Shown here: one piece after another, positions 31,019 through 41,046 of the stretch | How positions within the stretch are numbered: the first letter of the stretch is position 1 | Layout of the letters: every line of letters begins with the position of its first letter | Origin: a virus | DNA length: 64,000 nt | Direction: 5' to 3' (one strand) | Virus record (IMG/VR): IMGVR_UViG_3300027759_000048 | Program-made: the position numbers and the translations under genes | The notes under the pieces: model-generated | What the model was told of the DNA's origin: nothing | The model's input: only the letters and a program-made list of their open reading frames with translations | The model's database searches: none

Positions 31019-31605
31019 TGCCGATTAAACTAAACTCATCAGGTGGTGGTTCAATAACGATTGATGTGCCAAACATGTCAACAGCCAACACACTTACATT
31101 GCCTGCTATTACAGGTAACGTTATCACCTCTGCGGATTCTAATACTATTACACAACCTATGATTAGTAGATCAGGTTTCTATGGTGGATTTGGTCCTGCT
31201 TTTAGTGCTTATAACATCGGTGGTCAAAGCGTATCTGCTGGTGTATATACAAAGCTACAGATTAATACTGAGGAATTTGATACAGCAAATTGTTACGATA
31301 ACACAACAAACTATAGATTTACACCTAACGTCGCTGGATACTATCTTTTTACATTTAACGCTGAGAATGGTGCCGCTACCGCTCGACTAACAACATATTT
31401 GTATAAAAATGGATCTGCATTTAAAAATGGTGTCGATTCAATAGGAAACGGAACAAATAGTAATAGTTCCAATGGATCTGCTCTTGCTTATGCCAATGGC
31501 ACTTCAGATTATTTTGAACTATATGCTCAGGGAAATAATGCTCAAAGCATACAACCAGGCTCAGCGGTTACATTTTTTCAAGCATTCTTAGTGAGGCCTG
31601 CATAA
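31018..31605 (+). CDS. C1q/TNF-like tip protein
   Basis: PAFSAY...FDTANCYD..NYRFTPNVAGYYLF...LYKNG...DYFELY. Confidence 0.7.
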   Translation: MPIKLNSSGGGSITIDVPNMSTANTLTLPAITGNVITSADSNTITQPMISRSGFYGGFGPAFSAYNIGGQSVSAGVYTKLQINTEEFDTANCYDNTTNYRFTPNVAGYYLFTFNAENGAATARLTTYLYKNGSAFKNGVDSIGNGTNSNSSNGSALAYANGTSDYFELYAQGNNAQSIQPGSAVTFFQAFLVRPA

Positions 31606-33164
31606 TGTCAACTATCAAATCAATCAACCTACAGCATCCAGGTAGCGTAAGAACAAATATCGTTTTAGATACCGGCGGTAACATGTCTTCGAACACTGTT
31701 ACTTGTAACGCTGCGGCAGTCAATAGTATTACAGCTAACGTCAGTGCCTCAAGTCTTAGATATAATAATGTGACCTACATTTCACAGTGTGGCGCAGGTT
31801 GTATGATGTTATTTCAGAATGGTAGAGTATATACAGCATCAGGTACCAGTGGTGGTACTGGAAATTATGCGACAGGTAGAGGATTGAACGGTCAAGTACC
31901 TGTGTATGGTCTAGACAAATTTAAGGCTGTTGCTTTTCCAAACGAAACCACAAATCCGATTCAATGCGGTACCGACGGGTTTAATAGATCGTGGGCACTA
32001 TTCGCCAATGGCAATCTTTATACATGGGGACTAAACAATAACGGTCAAATGGGAGTAGGCAATACAACTGCCTACGGATTCCCGACACTTTCTACAACAA
32101 ACGTTAGTAATGTTTATGATCATCCAACAACATCCCAGAGATATCCAGACTACAATAGACTGATAATCAGAAAAAGAGATGGTTATCTATACACAACTGG
32201 TTACAATGGTATTGGTCAGTTAGGCGTCGGTGATACAACAAATAGAAGTTCATGGACTCAGATCACAGCATTAGGTACAGATATTCTCAATGTATGGAAT
32301 ATGGGATCTTATTGGGGTAATACCGTTGTTCAAAAAACTGATTTTACTATTTGGGTATGTGGTTATAATGGTTATGGTCAATTAGGTAACGGAAACACAA
32401 CAACTCCTCAAAGTTCATTTATTAATGTTACATCAGCGTGGGGTGGTGGTTCGGGTTATATCTTGACAAAGGTGATTGGTGGGTTTGGTGGTTGGAACGG
32501 CGGCGATTTCGGTCAATCCTGGTTGGGAATGTTGCTTGATAATGGCACAACTACTATCTTCAGAACTTGTGGTAGAAACGGTGAAAGTCAGCTTGGTGAT
32601 ACCACAACCACAGATCGTTCAACACCAATAACACCAAATGTTGGTGCAGGTCGTATCGCCGATGTTGCTTCTTTTGGTGATGGGCAGGGTGGTTGTCTTG
32701 TATTGAAACCAGATGGTAGTTTATATACATGGGGTTATAATGGTTATGGTCAGCTAGGTAATGGCACCACAACAAATAATCCTACACCAACTATAAATCA
32801 AACTGGTGTAGCTGCCATATTATCAAACGGATGCACAAATTATGTTCAATCATTGACATCTGCCACGTTCATTAGAAAAACAGCAGATAACGGTCTTTAC
32901 TGCACAGGTTATAACGGTAATGGTGAACTAGGCGTTGGTGACACAACGAATAGAACCACATACACCAAAGTTTTGTTACCTGGTGACTTTGTGGTATCTA
33001 ATCTCGGATGGATGGCCACAACATATCCCGTTCATAGTTTTATGGCACAATCTACTGATGGTAGATTTTATGTTTGGGGTTACAATTCTCAAAATAGTTT
33101 AGCTGCCGATTCTACTATTACAGCATTAGTGCCTTATCAAATTACACCATTTCTTGGAGGGTGA
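31605..33164 (+). CDS. RCC1/BLIP-II-like beta-propeller protein
   Basis: Repeated (W/T/C)G.NG.GQLG.G.TT motifs. Confidence 0.85.
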   Translation: MSTIKSINLQHPGSVRTNIVLDTGGNMSSNTVTCNAAAVNSITANVSASSLRYNNVTYISQCGAGCMMLFQNGRVYTASGTSGGTGNYATGRGLNGQVPVYGLDKFKAVAFPNETTNPIQCGTDGFNRSWALFANGNLYTWGLNNNGQMGVGNTTAYGFPTLSTTNVSNVYDHPTTSQRYPDYNRLIIRKRDGYLYTTGYNGIGQLGVGDTTNRSSWTQITALGTDILNVWNMGSYWGNTVVQKTDFTIWVCGYNGYGQLGNGNTTTPQSSFINVTSAWGGGSGYILTKVIGGFGGWNGGDFGQSWLGMLLDNGTTTIFRTCGRNGESQLGDTTTTDRSTPITPNVGAGRIADVASFGDGQGGCLVLKPDGSLYTWGYNGYGQLGNGTTTNNPTPTINQTGVAAILSNGCTNYVQSLTSATFIRKTADNGLYCTGYNGNGELGVGDTTNRTTYTKVLLPGDFVVSNLGWMATTYPVHSFMAQSTDGRFYVWGYNSQNSLAADSTITALVPYQITPFLGG

Positions 33165-33517
33165 CAATGGTTTATATCAAACGTATCTTTGAAAATGTCG
33201 TTCAACTCGCTGGCCAAGAAGCGACACCTCAGATGATAAAAGAGGGATGGTTTGCTTATGATGGTGAGATTCCTCCAGGACAAAACTTCAAACTGGTGAA
33301 CGGTGTTCTAGAAGCATACACACCAGAGATATCTCCATTGATGCAATTTGAACTATATAAGAAATTTCTAAACGATACAGATTTCAAACTATTGCCTGGT
33401 TATGATCCTAAAGAAGGTGAAAGTCTAGATGATCTTATCTCAGAGAGAAAGATCGCTAGAGAGTTTATCAGAAGCTATCAAAGAGATGTAGCAAACACTC
33501 TTACCAACTTACTATAA
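33161..33517 (+). CDS. Small chaperone-like protein (start may be ATG 33167)
   Basis: GGAGG RBS 6 nt before ATG 33167; FLNDTDFK.L..Y...R..AR..IR tail-assembly-chaperone-like motif. Confidence 0.6.
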   Translation: MTMVYIKRIFENVVQLAGQEATPQMIKEGWFAYDGEIPPGQNFKLVNGVLEAYTPEISPLMQFELYKKFLNDTDFKLLPGYDPKEGESLDDLISERKIAREFIRSYQRDVANTLTNLL

Positions 33518-33520
33518 ATA
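33513..33520 (+). promoter_or_regulatory. Late promoter TATAAATA upstream of adaptor 2
   Basis: Exact consensus, 7 nt before the ATG. Confidence 0.65.
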
Positions 33521-33527
33521 GGATCAG

Positions 33528-34460
33528 ATGGCACTTACATTTCCTACAACACCAACTAACGGTCAAATATATCTAGACACTATTACGGGTAATAGATACA
33601 TCTATAACTCTAATACTGGCGCTTGGGCGTTTTCGTCTAACAATGTTGGTATGTCGGTTTCATCTACACCTCCTGGTAATATCGGGCCAGGCTCTATGTG
33701 GTTCAATAGAGAGATTGGTAGAACATTCGTATATTACAATGATGGCGATTCATCTCAGTGGATTGAGACTGTTCCTTCTGGTTCAATTGATACGACAACA
33801 ATCGCATCATATGTCAATCCAATCTATGCTTCACTAAACACCAACTGGACATACACTAACACAGCATACACGTTTGCCAATATTGCCGTAAACACAGCTA
33901 ACACAGCATTTCCGAATACACCAAACGTTTCATATAACGGTAGCTTCTATGTTCCTAATGGTGCTGTCAGTATCGGAACTAATTCATATCCCGTTGGTAA
34001 GTTTCATGTATTAGCCGCAAACGGCGAGATATCTAGATTTACAGCAACCGGCGCTTCTGGTGGTTATCATGTATCATATTTTGATAACTCGACACCATGG
34101 TATTTTGGTTCAGCTAAAGCAACTATCGCTGGCGGTAATATAAACGATTTGTATTTTGGTTCAGGCTCAGGCACAACAAACAATCTTATCTTTGGTACTG
34201 GTGGCACTGACCGCATAAGAATAAGTAGTGCGGGACATGTTCTTCCAGGATTATCCAACACATACGATCTTGGTGCTTCAACTGCCAGATGGCGTAATAT
34301 CTTCACAGGCGACTTACATCTTGCTAACGAGTTTGGTAACTGGACCATTGTCGAAGGTGAAGATGAACTATTTCTCTATAACAATAAGAAAAGTAAGGTA
34401 TATAAGTTCAATCTTACAGAGGTTGATCCTGCTACGGCACCACCTAAGAAAGATGTCTAA
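33528..34460 (+). CDS. Fiber adaptor 2 (plug plus socket; C-terminal GNWTIVEGEDELFL module)
   Basis: MALTFPTTPTNGQIY; GSMWFN..IGRTFVYYNDGDSSQWIE; YDLGAS..RWRNIFTGDLHL. Confidence 0.75.
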   Translation: MALTFPTTPTNGQIYLDTITGNRYIYNSNTGAWAFSSNNVGMSVSSTPPGNIGPGSMWFNREIGRTFVYYNDGDSSQWIETVPSGSIDTTTIASYVNPIYASLNTNWTYTNTAYTFANIAVNTANTAFPNTPNVSYNGSFYVPNGAVSIGTNSYPVGKFHVLAANGEISRFTATGASGGYHVSYFDNSTPWYFGSAKATIAGGNINDLYFGSGSGTTNNLIFGTGGTDRIRISSAGHVLPGLSNTYDLGASTARWRNIFTGDLHLANEFGNWTIVEGEDELFLYNNKKSKVYKFNLTEVDPATAPPKKDV

Positions 34461-35035
34461 TGGCAATCAATCTAGGAAATGGTAGCAGTATAGAAGGTGG
34501 TAGTGGTGCTTTCAGAGTAAGAAACACATCTGGTTCTACAGTATTTGAACAAGGCATTACAACTTCTAGCGGCACATCATTTGGTTATTATAATAGCGGC
34601 AATATTCCTATGTTTATTGCTGGTAGAGCAACCGATTCTGGATGGATATCTGTTGCTGATGGTGCCTGGCGCAAGGTCAATGACTACTGTACCAATGTCA
34701 GCATCAACGTAGGTTCTTGTTACGATACTTCTACAACAAGATTTACCGCTCCCATTTCAGGACCATATTTCTTAATGTTTTCAGCATACACCTATGCTGG
34801 AAACTATTACCATCCTGTTATCGGCGTCAATGGTTCTCCAGGCGCCAGACACGGTACAGATACAAAGTATAGAATTAGAGGTCATGGTTATTTGTCTAAT
34901 TATCAAACAGACGCACAAATAGAAGAGGTTATTTGGTTACAAGCAGGTGACTATTCTGAAGTGTTTTGGGCGACCTCGGGCACAGCATATCATTATTCGC
35001 CATATAGTTTATTTGCAGGAGTTTATGTAGGCTAA
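34460..35035 (+). CDS. C1q-like tip protein A
   Basis: NVGSCYDTSTTRFTAPISGPYFL...LQAGDYSEV. Confidence 0.75.
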   Translation: MAINLGNGSSIEGGSGAFRVRNTSGSTVFEQGITTSSGTSFGYYNSGNIPMFIAGRATDSGWISVADGAWRKVNDYCTNVSINVGSCYDTSTTRFTAPISGPYFLMFSAYTYAGNYYHPVIGVNGSPGARHGTDTKYRIRGHGYLSNYQTDAQIEEVIWLQAGDYSEVFWATSGTAYHYSPYSLFAGVYVG

Positions 35036-35631
35036 TGGGTATCGATGTTGGTGGCACACTACTAACGGGTGGAACATCTTTTACAGCTAGAGATTCTAGT
35101 GATAATCGATTATACACACAATCATCCGCTGGTCTTGTTTTATCTCCGCTCGATAGTGGTGGTAATACTGTATTACCAATGTTCAATGTTGGCTTCAATT
35201 CAACGAACGATTGGACAGACATGGGTGCTGCCTCTACTTGGGTTACTATTCCCTGGACATACACAGGCGGCAATGGATACTATAATGTAGGAAGCTGTTA
35301 TAACACATCAACATATAGATTTACTGCGCCATGGACCGGTATGTATTTGTTTTCATCTACAACATATTCGTATTGTGTTAATGGTAATACTAACAATTAT
35401 TTTCACCTGATGTTTTGGGTTAATGGTGGAGGATCTAATCGTCGACCGGGTGGTGCAATCTATAGAATGAGACAATATGGTTTTCCTGGTAGCTATGCAC
35501 ACGACGGAGATATGTGTGAACCAATATATTTGACAGCGGGTGACTATGTTGATGTCAAATATTATTTTAACGTCACTTTGCGTATATATGGACCATATTC
35601 AACGTTTAGTGGTGTATTTCTAGGAAATTAA
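35035..35631 (+). CDS. C1q-like tip protein B
   Basis: NVGSCYNTSTYRFTAPWTGMYLF...LTAGDYVDV. Confidence 0.75.
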   Translation: MGIDVGGTLLTGGTSFTARDSSDNRLYTQSSAGLVLSPLDSGGNTVLPMFNVGFNSTNDWTDMGAASTWVTIPWTYTGGNGYYNVGSCYNTSTYRFTAPWTGMYLFSSTTYSYCVNGNTNNYFHLMFWVNGGGSNRRPGGAIYRMRQYGFPGSYAHDGDMCEPIYLTAGDYVDVKYYFNVTLRIYGPYSTFSGVFLGN

Positions 35632-35632
35632 A

Positions 35633-36196
35633 ATGCCATTAGATATAGCAGGAGCCACAATTCAGTCTAGCAATACGGCATTGAGTATAATAGCCAATAG
35701 TCTGACTGGACTTAACATTGACGCATCAAATAGAGTAATACTTAGCAATAGACCTAGTTTCTTTGTTGAATCTACTCCGGCTGCCTGGAACAACTTTACT
35801 AATGGTAATTGGGCAGTAATGCCGTTCAATACAGTTATATGGAATAATGGATCTTGTTATAGCACTAGCACTAACGCATTTACAGCACCTGTTTCTGGTG
35901 TATATTACTTTACCTCAAGTCTATACTTTTATAAGAACACATCAACAAATTCTGATTCATATGTTCATCCTGGATTTTGGGTAAACGGAAGTTCAGGAGC
36001 AAGAGCGGCCGGGGCAGGACATGAGCATAGAATTAGAGGTAGAACAAACGCATCAAGTAGCTACTCTCACGACACACAGATAAATAACATTTATAGATTG
36101 ACCGCAGGAGATTTCGTTCAGTTGTATGTATATGGTGGTGGAGCATTACAGTGGTATGCTACCCAAAACTTCTTTAGCGGCGCACTTATAGGATAA
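35633..36196 (+). CDS. C1q-like tip protein C
   Basis: NNGSCYSTSTNAFTAPVSGVYYF...LTAGDFVQL. Confidence 0.75.
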   Translation: MPLDIAGATIQSSNTALSIIANSLTGLNIDASNRVILSNRPSFFVESTPAAWNNFTNGNWAVMPFNTVIWNNGSCYSTSTNAFTAPVSGVYYFTSSLYFYKNTSTNSDSYVHPGFWVNGSSGARAAGAGHEHRIRGRTNASSSYSHDTQINNIYRLTAGDFVQLYVYGGGALQWYATQNFFSGALIG

Positions 36197-36208
36197 GGAG
36201 AATAAAAA

Positions 36209-36481
36209 ATGGCTATGACTATTACAGTGTCACTTAATGATGTTGATGAAAAATGTATCAGATCGTTTGCGGCAGATCCAGAAGACTGGGTCAATAACTT
36301 TGTTCAGGCTAGGGTCTTTGCGGCAAAGCAAGAAATCTATCAGGCAGAGGTTCGTCGCATGACAGCCGATCCTAATATTCCTACTATTCCGGCAGATGTT
36401 GATTTAGTAGTATCTCAGGCTAATATTAAATACGCTAATTCTCAGCCAGAGTTGCCTCCGATGGGATCGCCTACCAACTAA
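36209..36481 (+). CDS. Small hypothetical protein accompanying the C1q-like genes
   Basis: AAGGAG RBS; DPEDWVNN...IPTIPAD. Confidence 0.65.
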   Translation: MAMTITVSLNDVDEKCIRSFAADPEDWVNNFVQARVFAAKQEIYQAEVRRMTADPNIPTIPADVDLVVSQANIKYANSQPELPPMGSPTN

Positions 36482-36504
36482 ATAGGAACAAAAGAGGAAA
36501 AACT

Positions 36505-36804
36505 ATGAGAGATTTATCAAAAGCAATTATGTCACTATATCCAGGAGCACAGTGGGTTCTCAATGGTGAGGAATACTCTGGGCTAGACTGGCTACCAGGT
36601 AATGAAAAACCAAAGCCAACTCAGAAAGAGTTAGAAGATGAATGTGACCGTCTTCATCAGATTTGGTTGAACAATCAGTATCAGAGAGATAGAGCAAAGG
36701 CATATCCGTCATTCGCCGATCAGTTTGATACACTATATCACGGTGGTTATGATGCTTGGAAGGCATCTGTTGACGAAGTAAAGAACAAGTTTCCAAAACC
36801 ATAA
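36505..36804 (+). CDS. XkdW-like/tail-fiber chaperone
   Basis: AIMSLYPGAQW...KPT..EL...YQRDRAKAYPS..DQFD...VKNKFPK. Confidence 0.7.
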   Translation: MRDLSKAIMSLYPGAQWVLNGEEYSGLDWLPGNEKPKPTQKELEDECDRLHQIWLNNQYQRDRAKAYPSFADQFDTLYHGGYDAWKASVDEVKNKFPKP

Positions 36805-36812
36805 GGTAAGTA

Positions 36813-37619
36813 ATGGCTCTTAATTTTCCAAATACACCGACCAATGGTCAAGTATATACGGATGTGTCAACCGGCAATCGCTGGGCATGGGACTCAGCTA
36901 ATACTTGTTGGAAATCTACATCTGCGTTTACACAATCGATTACTATTGCGGCTTCTGCTCCAGGCAGTCCTGTAGTCGGACAGTTGTGGTGGAATCAGGA
37001 ATATGGGCGTCTATTAGTCTATTACAACGATGGTACATCCACACAGTGGGTTGATGCTTCACCGTCTGACTATACAAGCACACAGGCATTCAATCAGTCT
37101 AACAATGCTTATATTTTGGCTAATGCTTCTTTCAATATGGCTAATGCGGCATATATTACATCCAATTTGGCAATTGCGACTGCCAATACTGTAACCCCAG
37201 CTTTCAATAGAGCCAACACAGCCTTACAAAATACAACCGGTACTTTTAGTGGAACTCTGACTGTCACCGGCAACATTATTATGGGTGGTGGAACATCGGT
37301 CGGCTATCTGACAATACCGCAGAATGCTCAGACTTCGGCATATATTCTTGTGGCTAGCGACACTGGCAAACACATATCTATCACTACTGGTGGTGTTACT
37401 GTCAATGCGTCGGTTTTCAGTATTGGTGATACTGTTGTTATATACAATAATTCTGGATCAAATCAGACCATCACACAAGGAACAAACGTTACGTTACGTT
37501 TAAGCGGAACAGCCACAACTGGTAATAGAACATTAGCACAATATGGAACAGCAACGTTATTGTGTGTTACTGGTGGCGCTAATCCAGTATTTGTTGTTTC
37601 AGGATCGGGATTATCATAG
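36813..37619 (+). CDS. Fiber adaptor 3 (plug plus socket; C-terminal IPQNAQTSAY..LAQYGTATL module)
   Basis: MALNFPNTPTNGQVY; GQLWWNQEYGRLLVYYNDGTSTQWVD. Confidence 0.75.
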   Translation: MALNFPNTPTNGQVYTDVSTGNRWAWDSANTCWKSTSAFTQSITIAASAPGSPVVGQLWWNQEYGRLLVYYNDGTSTQWVDASPSDYTSTQAFNQSNNAYILANASFNMANAAYITSNLAIATANTVTPAFNRANTALQNTTGTFSGTLTVTGNIIMGGGTSVGYLTIPQNAQTSAYILVASDTGKHISITTGGVTVNASVFSIGDTVVIYNNSGSNQTITQGTNVTLRLSGTATTGNRTLAQYGTATLLCVTGGANPVFVVSGSGLS

Positions 37620-37620
37620 T

Positions 37621-38385
37621 ATGACTGGTATTTTAGGAGCTATGGTAGGGGCTGGACGAGGAAGAACGAATATTGATTATTTCGTTTTAGGTGGCGGCGG
37701 TGCTGGAGCTAAAGGTATCGGTGGTGTCACTTACGGCGGAGGCGGAGGTGGCGGTGGTTATTACACAGGAACAGGACTCGAAGTATTTTTAGGCACCACT
37801 TATCAAGTAACAGTTGGTTTGGGTGGTGTAGGATCACAGGCATCAGCCACTGGCTTGTCAGGTAACCCATCCACATTTGCGAGTTTTGTGGCAGGTGGTG
37901 GTGTGGGCGGAACAAATGGTGGTCAAGGTGGTTCGTGTGGTTCACCTCAAACATTTACCGGCGCTGCTCGTAGTGGAATCACTGGTGGTGCTGGTGCTGG
38001 TTGTGGTGGCAATGGTTCTAGTACCACTGGTGGTGCTGGTGTCGCATCAACATATGGTGGATCTAATCAGACATATGGTGGTGGTGGCGGTGGATCAAAC
38101 GACGGTTCTAATGGTCCTGGTCAAGATGGTGGTGGTAATGGCGGCGCACAAGGAAACGCTCCAACAAGTGGCGCTCCTAACAGAGGTGGTGGTGGTGGTT
38201 CAACGAGAATTGAGAATGGTAATCCTGGCGGCTCTGGTGGATCTGGTGTAATTTTATTAAGAATACTTTTAGCGAGAACAGCAACATTCTCCGCAGGTGT
38301 TACTCAGACAAGTACCTCAGATGCTACTTATAGATACTATACAATAACTGCGGCGGGCGTTACCGATACAGTAACATTTGGTTAA
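37621..38385 (+). CDS. Glycine-rich tip protein
   Basis: Likely start ATG 37621, right after the upstream stop; IDYFVLGGGGAG...GGSGVILLR. Confidence 0.75.
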   Translation: MTGILGAMVGAGRGRTNIDYFVLGGGGAGAKGIGGVTYGGGGGGGGYYTGTGLEVFLGTTYQVTVGLGGVGSQASATGLSGNPSTFASFVAGGGVGGTNGGQGGSCGSPQTFTGAARSGITGGAGAGCGGNGSSTTGGAGVASTYGGSNQTYGGGGGGSNDGSNGPGQDGGGNGGAQGNAPTSGAPNRGGGGGSTRIENGNPGGSGGSGVILLRILLARTATFSAGVTQTSTSDATYRYYTITAAGVTDTVTFG

Positions 38386-38409
38386 AATAATAAAAGGCAA
38401 CAGCAAGAA

Positions 38410-39399
38410 ATGGCTATTATAGACTTTCCATCAAACCCAACTAATGGGCAGACATATAACCAGAATGGTGTTAGCTATTATTACAATGCTGCTATTGGCG
38501 CATGGTTGACTCAAATCACATCTACAGAGTTATCATCAACCGCTGCTAACAATCAGGTATTGTTCGTTGATGGTGGCTTATCAAACGGAACATCTGGACT
38601 AGTCTATACTAAAGCAGCGAATACATTGTTTGCTAATGGTGTCGTCGCTAATACAATGGTTACTGACCGCCTTCATGTGAATGTTCTTTCTGGCAGCGGA
38701 CTGAACCCAACGAATAACGCTATCGTTGCTGCCTTTGATAGAGCTAATAACTCACTACAAAACACCAGCTTTACTCTAAATGGTGACTTAACTGTAAGCG
38801 GCACGGTTAACACAAACATCAATATCAATGCTACTAGACTAAGATCAAACATCATTCAAAGTTCTACAGGCACAGACTTTATGATTGATGGTTATCCTAG
38901 AATGCCAGGACAGATCATTCAGGTTGTCAATACATATTATAGAACTCCAACGTCTCTATCAATTCCAGCTAGTTACAACACATATACAGATGTTCCTGGT
39001 ATATCAGCAACTATCACTCCTAGAAGTTCTAGTAGTAAAATCTATATGACGGTTAGATGGTTTGGTGAATGGAATGGCGCAGGATTGACTTGGGAAGCTA
39101 TGTTCAACATCAAAAGAAACGGCACCGTTGTCGGACTACCTGATCCTAATGGAACAAATACCCTGGGTATTCATATGGCTGCTTTATCTTATTATGCAGG
39201 AGGCGACGCCGACAGCACGCCAGAAACTTGTTTTTTTGATTATTATGATTCTCCAGCAACGACATCAGCATTGACATATCAATTAGCAATTGCTTCATTT
39301 ACTGCCGGTACAATGTTTATCAATAGATGCGTTAATGCTTCGGCGGGTAACAGTTATGAAAGAGGCACAAGTTCAATCACACTATTTGAGATATCATAA
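38410..39399 (+). CDS. Fiber with plug N-terminus and 'GQIIQVV...SSITLFEI' tip domain
   Basis: MAIIDFPSNPTNGQTY; ITPRSSSSKI...DSPATTSALTY. Confidence 0.75.
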   Translation: MAIIDFPSNPTNGQTYNQNGVSYYYNAAIGAWLTQITSTELSSTAANNQVLFVDGGLSNGTSGLVYTKAANTLFANGVVANTMVTDRLHVNVLSGSGLNPTNNAIVAAFDRANNSLQNTSFTLNGDLTVSGTVNTNININATRLRSNIIQSSTGTDFMIDGYPRMPGQIIQVVNTYYRTPTSLSIPASYNTYTDVPGISATITPRSSSSKIYMTVRWFGEWNGAGLTWEAMFNIKRNGTVVGLPDPNGTNTLGIHMAALSYYAGGDADSTPETCFFDYYDSPATTSALTYQLAIASFTAGTMFINRCVNASAGNSYERGTSSITLFEIS

Positions 39400-39418
39400 C
39401 AGATAGGAAAACAGTTTT

Positions 39419-39748
39419 ATGGCACTTAATTTTCCAAACTCACCTACTAATGGACAAGTCTATGTTGACGGCACATCAGGAAGTCGTTATGTCTATGATG
39501 CGGCTAATGGTAGATGGAACTCAAATACATACGTTCAATCTATTCTAGGTGGTTTCTATGCTGGTAACAATGGTGAAGTTGGGCAAGCGCCGTCACTAGG
39601 TGATATCTTTAGATTACACACTAACACACTAACATCAAACGTTACGATCTATTCAGGCAACAATGCTATATGTGCCGGTCCCCTAAATATCACAGGAAAT
39701 AATACTACACTAACTATTCAGTCGGGATCTAGGGTGGTAATCGTATAA
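39419..39748 (+). CDS. Minimal fiber adaptor (plug fused directly to the AGPL..TIQSGSRVVIV module)
   Basis: MALNFPNSPTNGQVY; C-terminus paralogous to 29249..29998. Confidence 0.7.
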   Translation: MALNFPNSPTNGQVYVDGTSGSRYVYDAANGRWNSNTYVQSILGGFYAGNNGEVGQAPSLGDIFRLHTNTLTSNVTIYSGNNAICAGPLNITGNNTTLTIQSGSRVVIV

Positions 39749-41013
39749 TGTCAACTTTATCCGTATCAAATATCACCACACCATCTAATACGACACCGCT
39801 CGTTCTTTCATCAGCGAATAGTCAGGCTGCTTTTGTTAGAGTAGAGGCAGCTAACAATGATATTGTCTTTGGTGGAACAACTAAGTTTCTAGGAACATTC
39901 TCATCAGCAGGTCTTCAATCAAATAGTATAAATGTTGCTTTTGATGTTGCTAATGCTTCATTCAATATTGCTAACACAGTATCGGCCGCCGTAGTATCAG
40001 CTTCTTTCAATACAGCTAATGCGGCATATGGTTTAGCTAATACATCTTCAGCTTCTCTCGGCTCTAACTGGGCTGTCACTAATACTGTCTATGGTGTAGC
40101 CAACGCAGCTTTCGCCTCTGCTAATAACGTAGCGCCACAAGTCACACCAGCTTTCAATACAGCTAATGCAGCATACAGCTACGCTAATGCGGCATTCTCA
40201 TCTCTCAGTGCCTCTATCAATTCCAACTGGACAGTCACCAATACTGTCTATGGCGTTGCTAATACTGCTTTACCAAATACAAGTAGTGTTACGCTTGCAG
40301 GTGCTTTGACATTATCGACAACAGGTGTACCTCAGATAATCAATTCAAGCGATAGTAACACTTACAAAGTAGCATTGCGTAATAATGGCACAACCGTAGG
40401 ATTTTTTGGTGCGTCTTCTAGCAATCCGTTTATTGTTGCTAATAGCAGCGTGGCGACTTTGTTTAGTGTCGATAGTGTGGGCAACTTTGCTACAACAGGA
40501 ACACTGACTACATCATCTCGTGGTATTGCTAAAGCATCTATGCCTTCTGGTTCTATTCTACAAGTTCAACAGACATGGTGGGATGGAGTCGCAACTCTTG
40601 CTGTAAGTTCTTTTACCAATCATCCAAATCTATCAGTATCAATCACGCCAACATCCGCAACCAGTAAAGTATTAGTTATGATTTCAATGCAGGCTGTCGT
40701 CTATAACGTAACAATGCAGGCGAGATTTACTAGAAATGACACACCTATTGGAATTGCTGCCGCAGCAAGTTCAAGAGTTCTTTCTACCTTTGGTGGTCTC
40801 CAGACAATTGGCGATGGTAACCACCAGTTTACCCCATGGAATTATCAGTATCTCGATTCACCAGCATCAACATCCGCTTTGACATATAGAATACAATTAA
40901 AAATGCAGGGTGGTTCAACAGCATATCTTAACCGTTCAGTCAATGATGCCGATAACACCGACTGGGCGCAAAGAACAACATCATCTATAACAGTTATGGA
41001 AATAGCACAGTAA
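39748..41013 (+). CDS. Fiber with 'GSILQV...SSITVMEIAQ' tip domain
   Basis: MSTLSVSNI start; ANNVAPQVTP stalk; ITPTSATSKVL...DSPASTSALTY. Confidence 0.75.
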   Translation: MSTLSVSNITTPSNTTPLVLSSANSQAAFVRVEAANNDIVFGGTTKFLGTFSSAGLQSNSINVAFDVANASFNIANTVSAAVVSASFNTANAAYGLANTSSASLGSNWAVTNTVYGVANAAFASANNVAPQVTPAFNTANAAYSYANAAFSSLSASINSNWTVTNTVYGVANTALPNTSSVTLAGALTLSTTGVPQIINSSDSNTYKVALRNNGTTVGFFGASSSNPFIVANSSVATLFSVDSVGNFATTGTLTTSSRGIAKASMPSGSILQVQQTWWDGVATLAVSSFTNHPNLSVSITPTSATSKVLVMISMQAVVYNVTMQARFTRNDTPIGIAAAASSRVLSTFGGLQTIGDGNHQFTPWNYQYLDSPASTSALTYRIQLKMQGGSTAYLNRSVNDADNTDWAQRTTSSITVMEIAQ

Positions 41014-41046
41014 TATGAAGAGAATAAATATCCTAAAGGGTAATCA

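Noticed and set aside
37543-37620. Extended start of the 37543..38385 ORF
   Set aside because: Overlaps the upstream gene; ATG 37621 follows its stop directly
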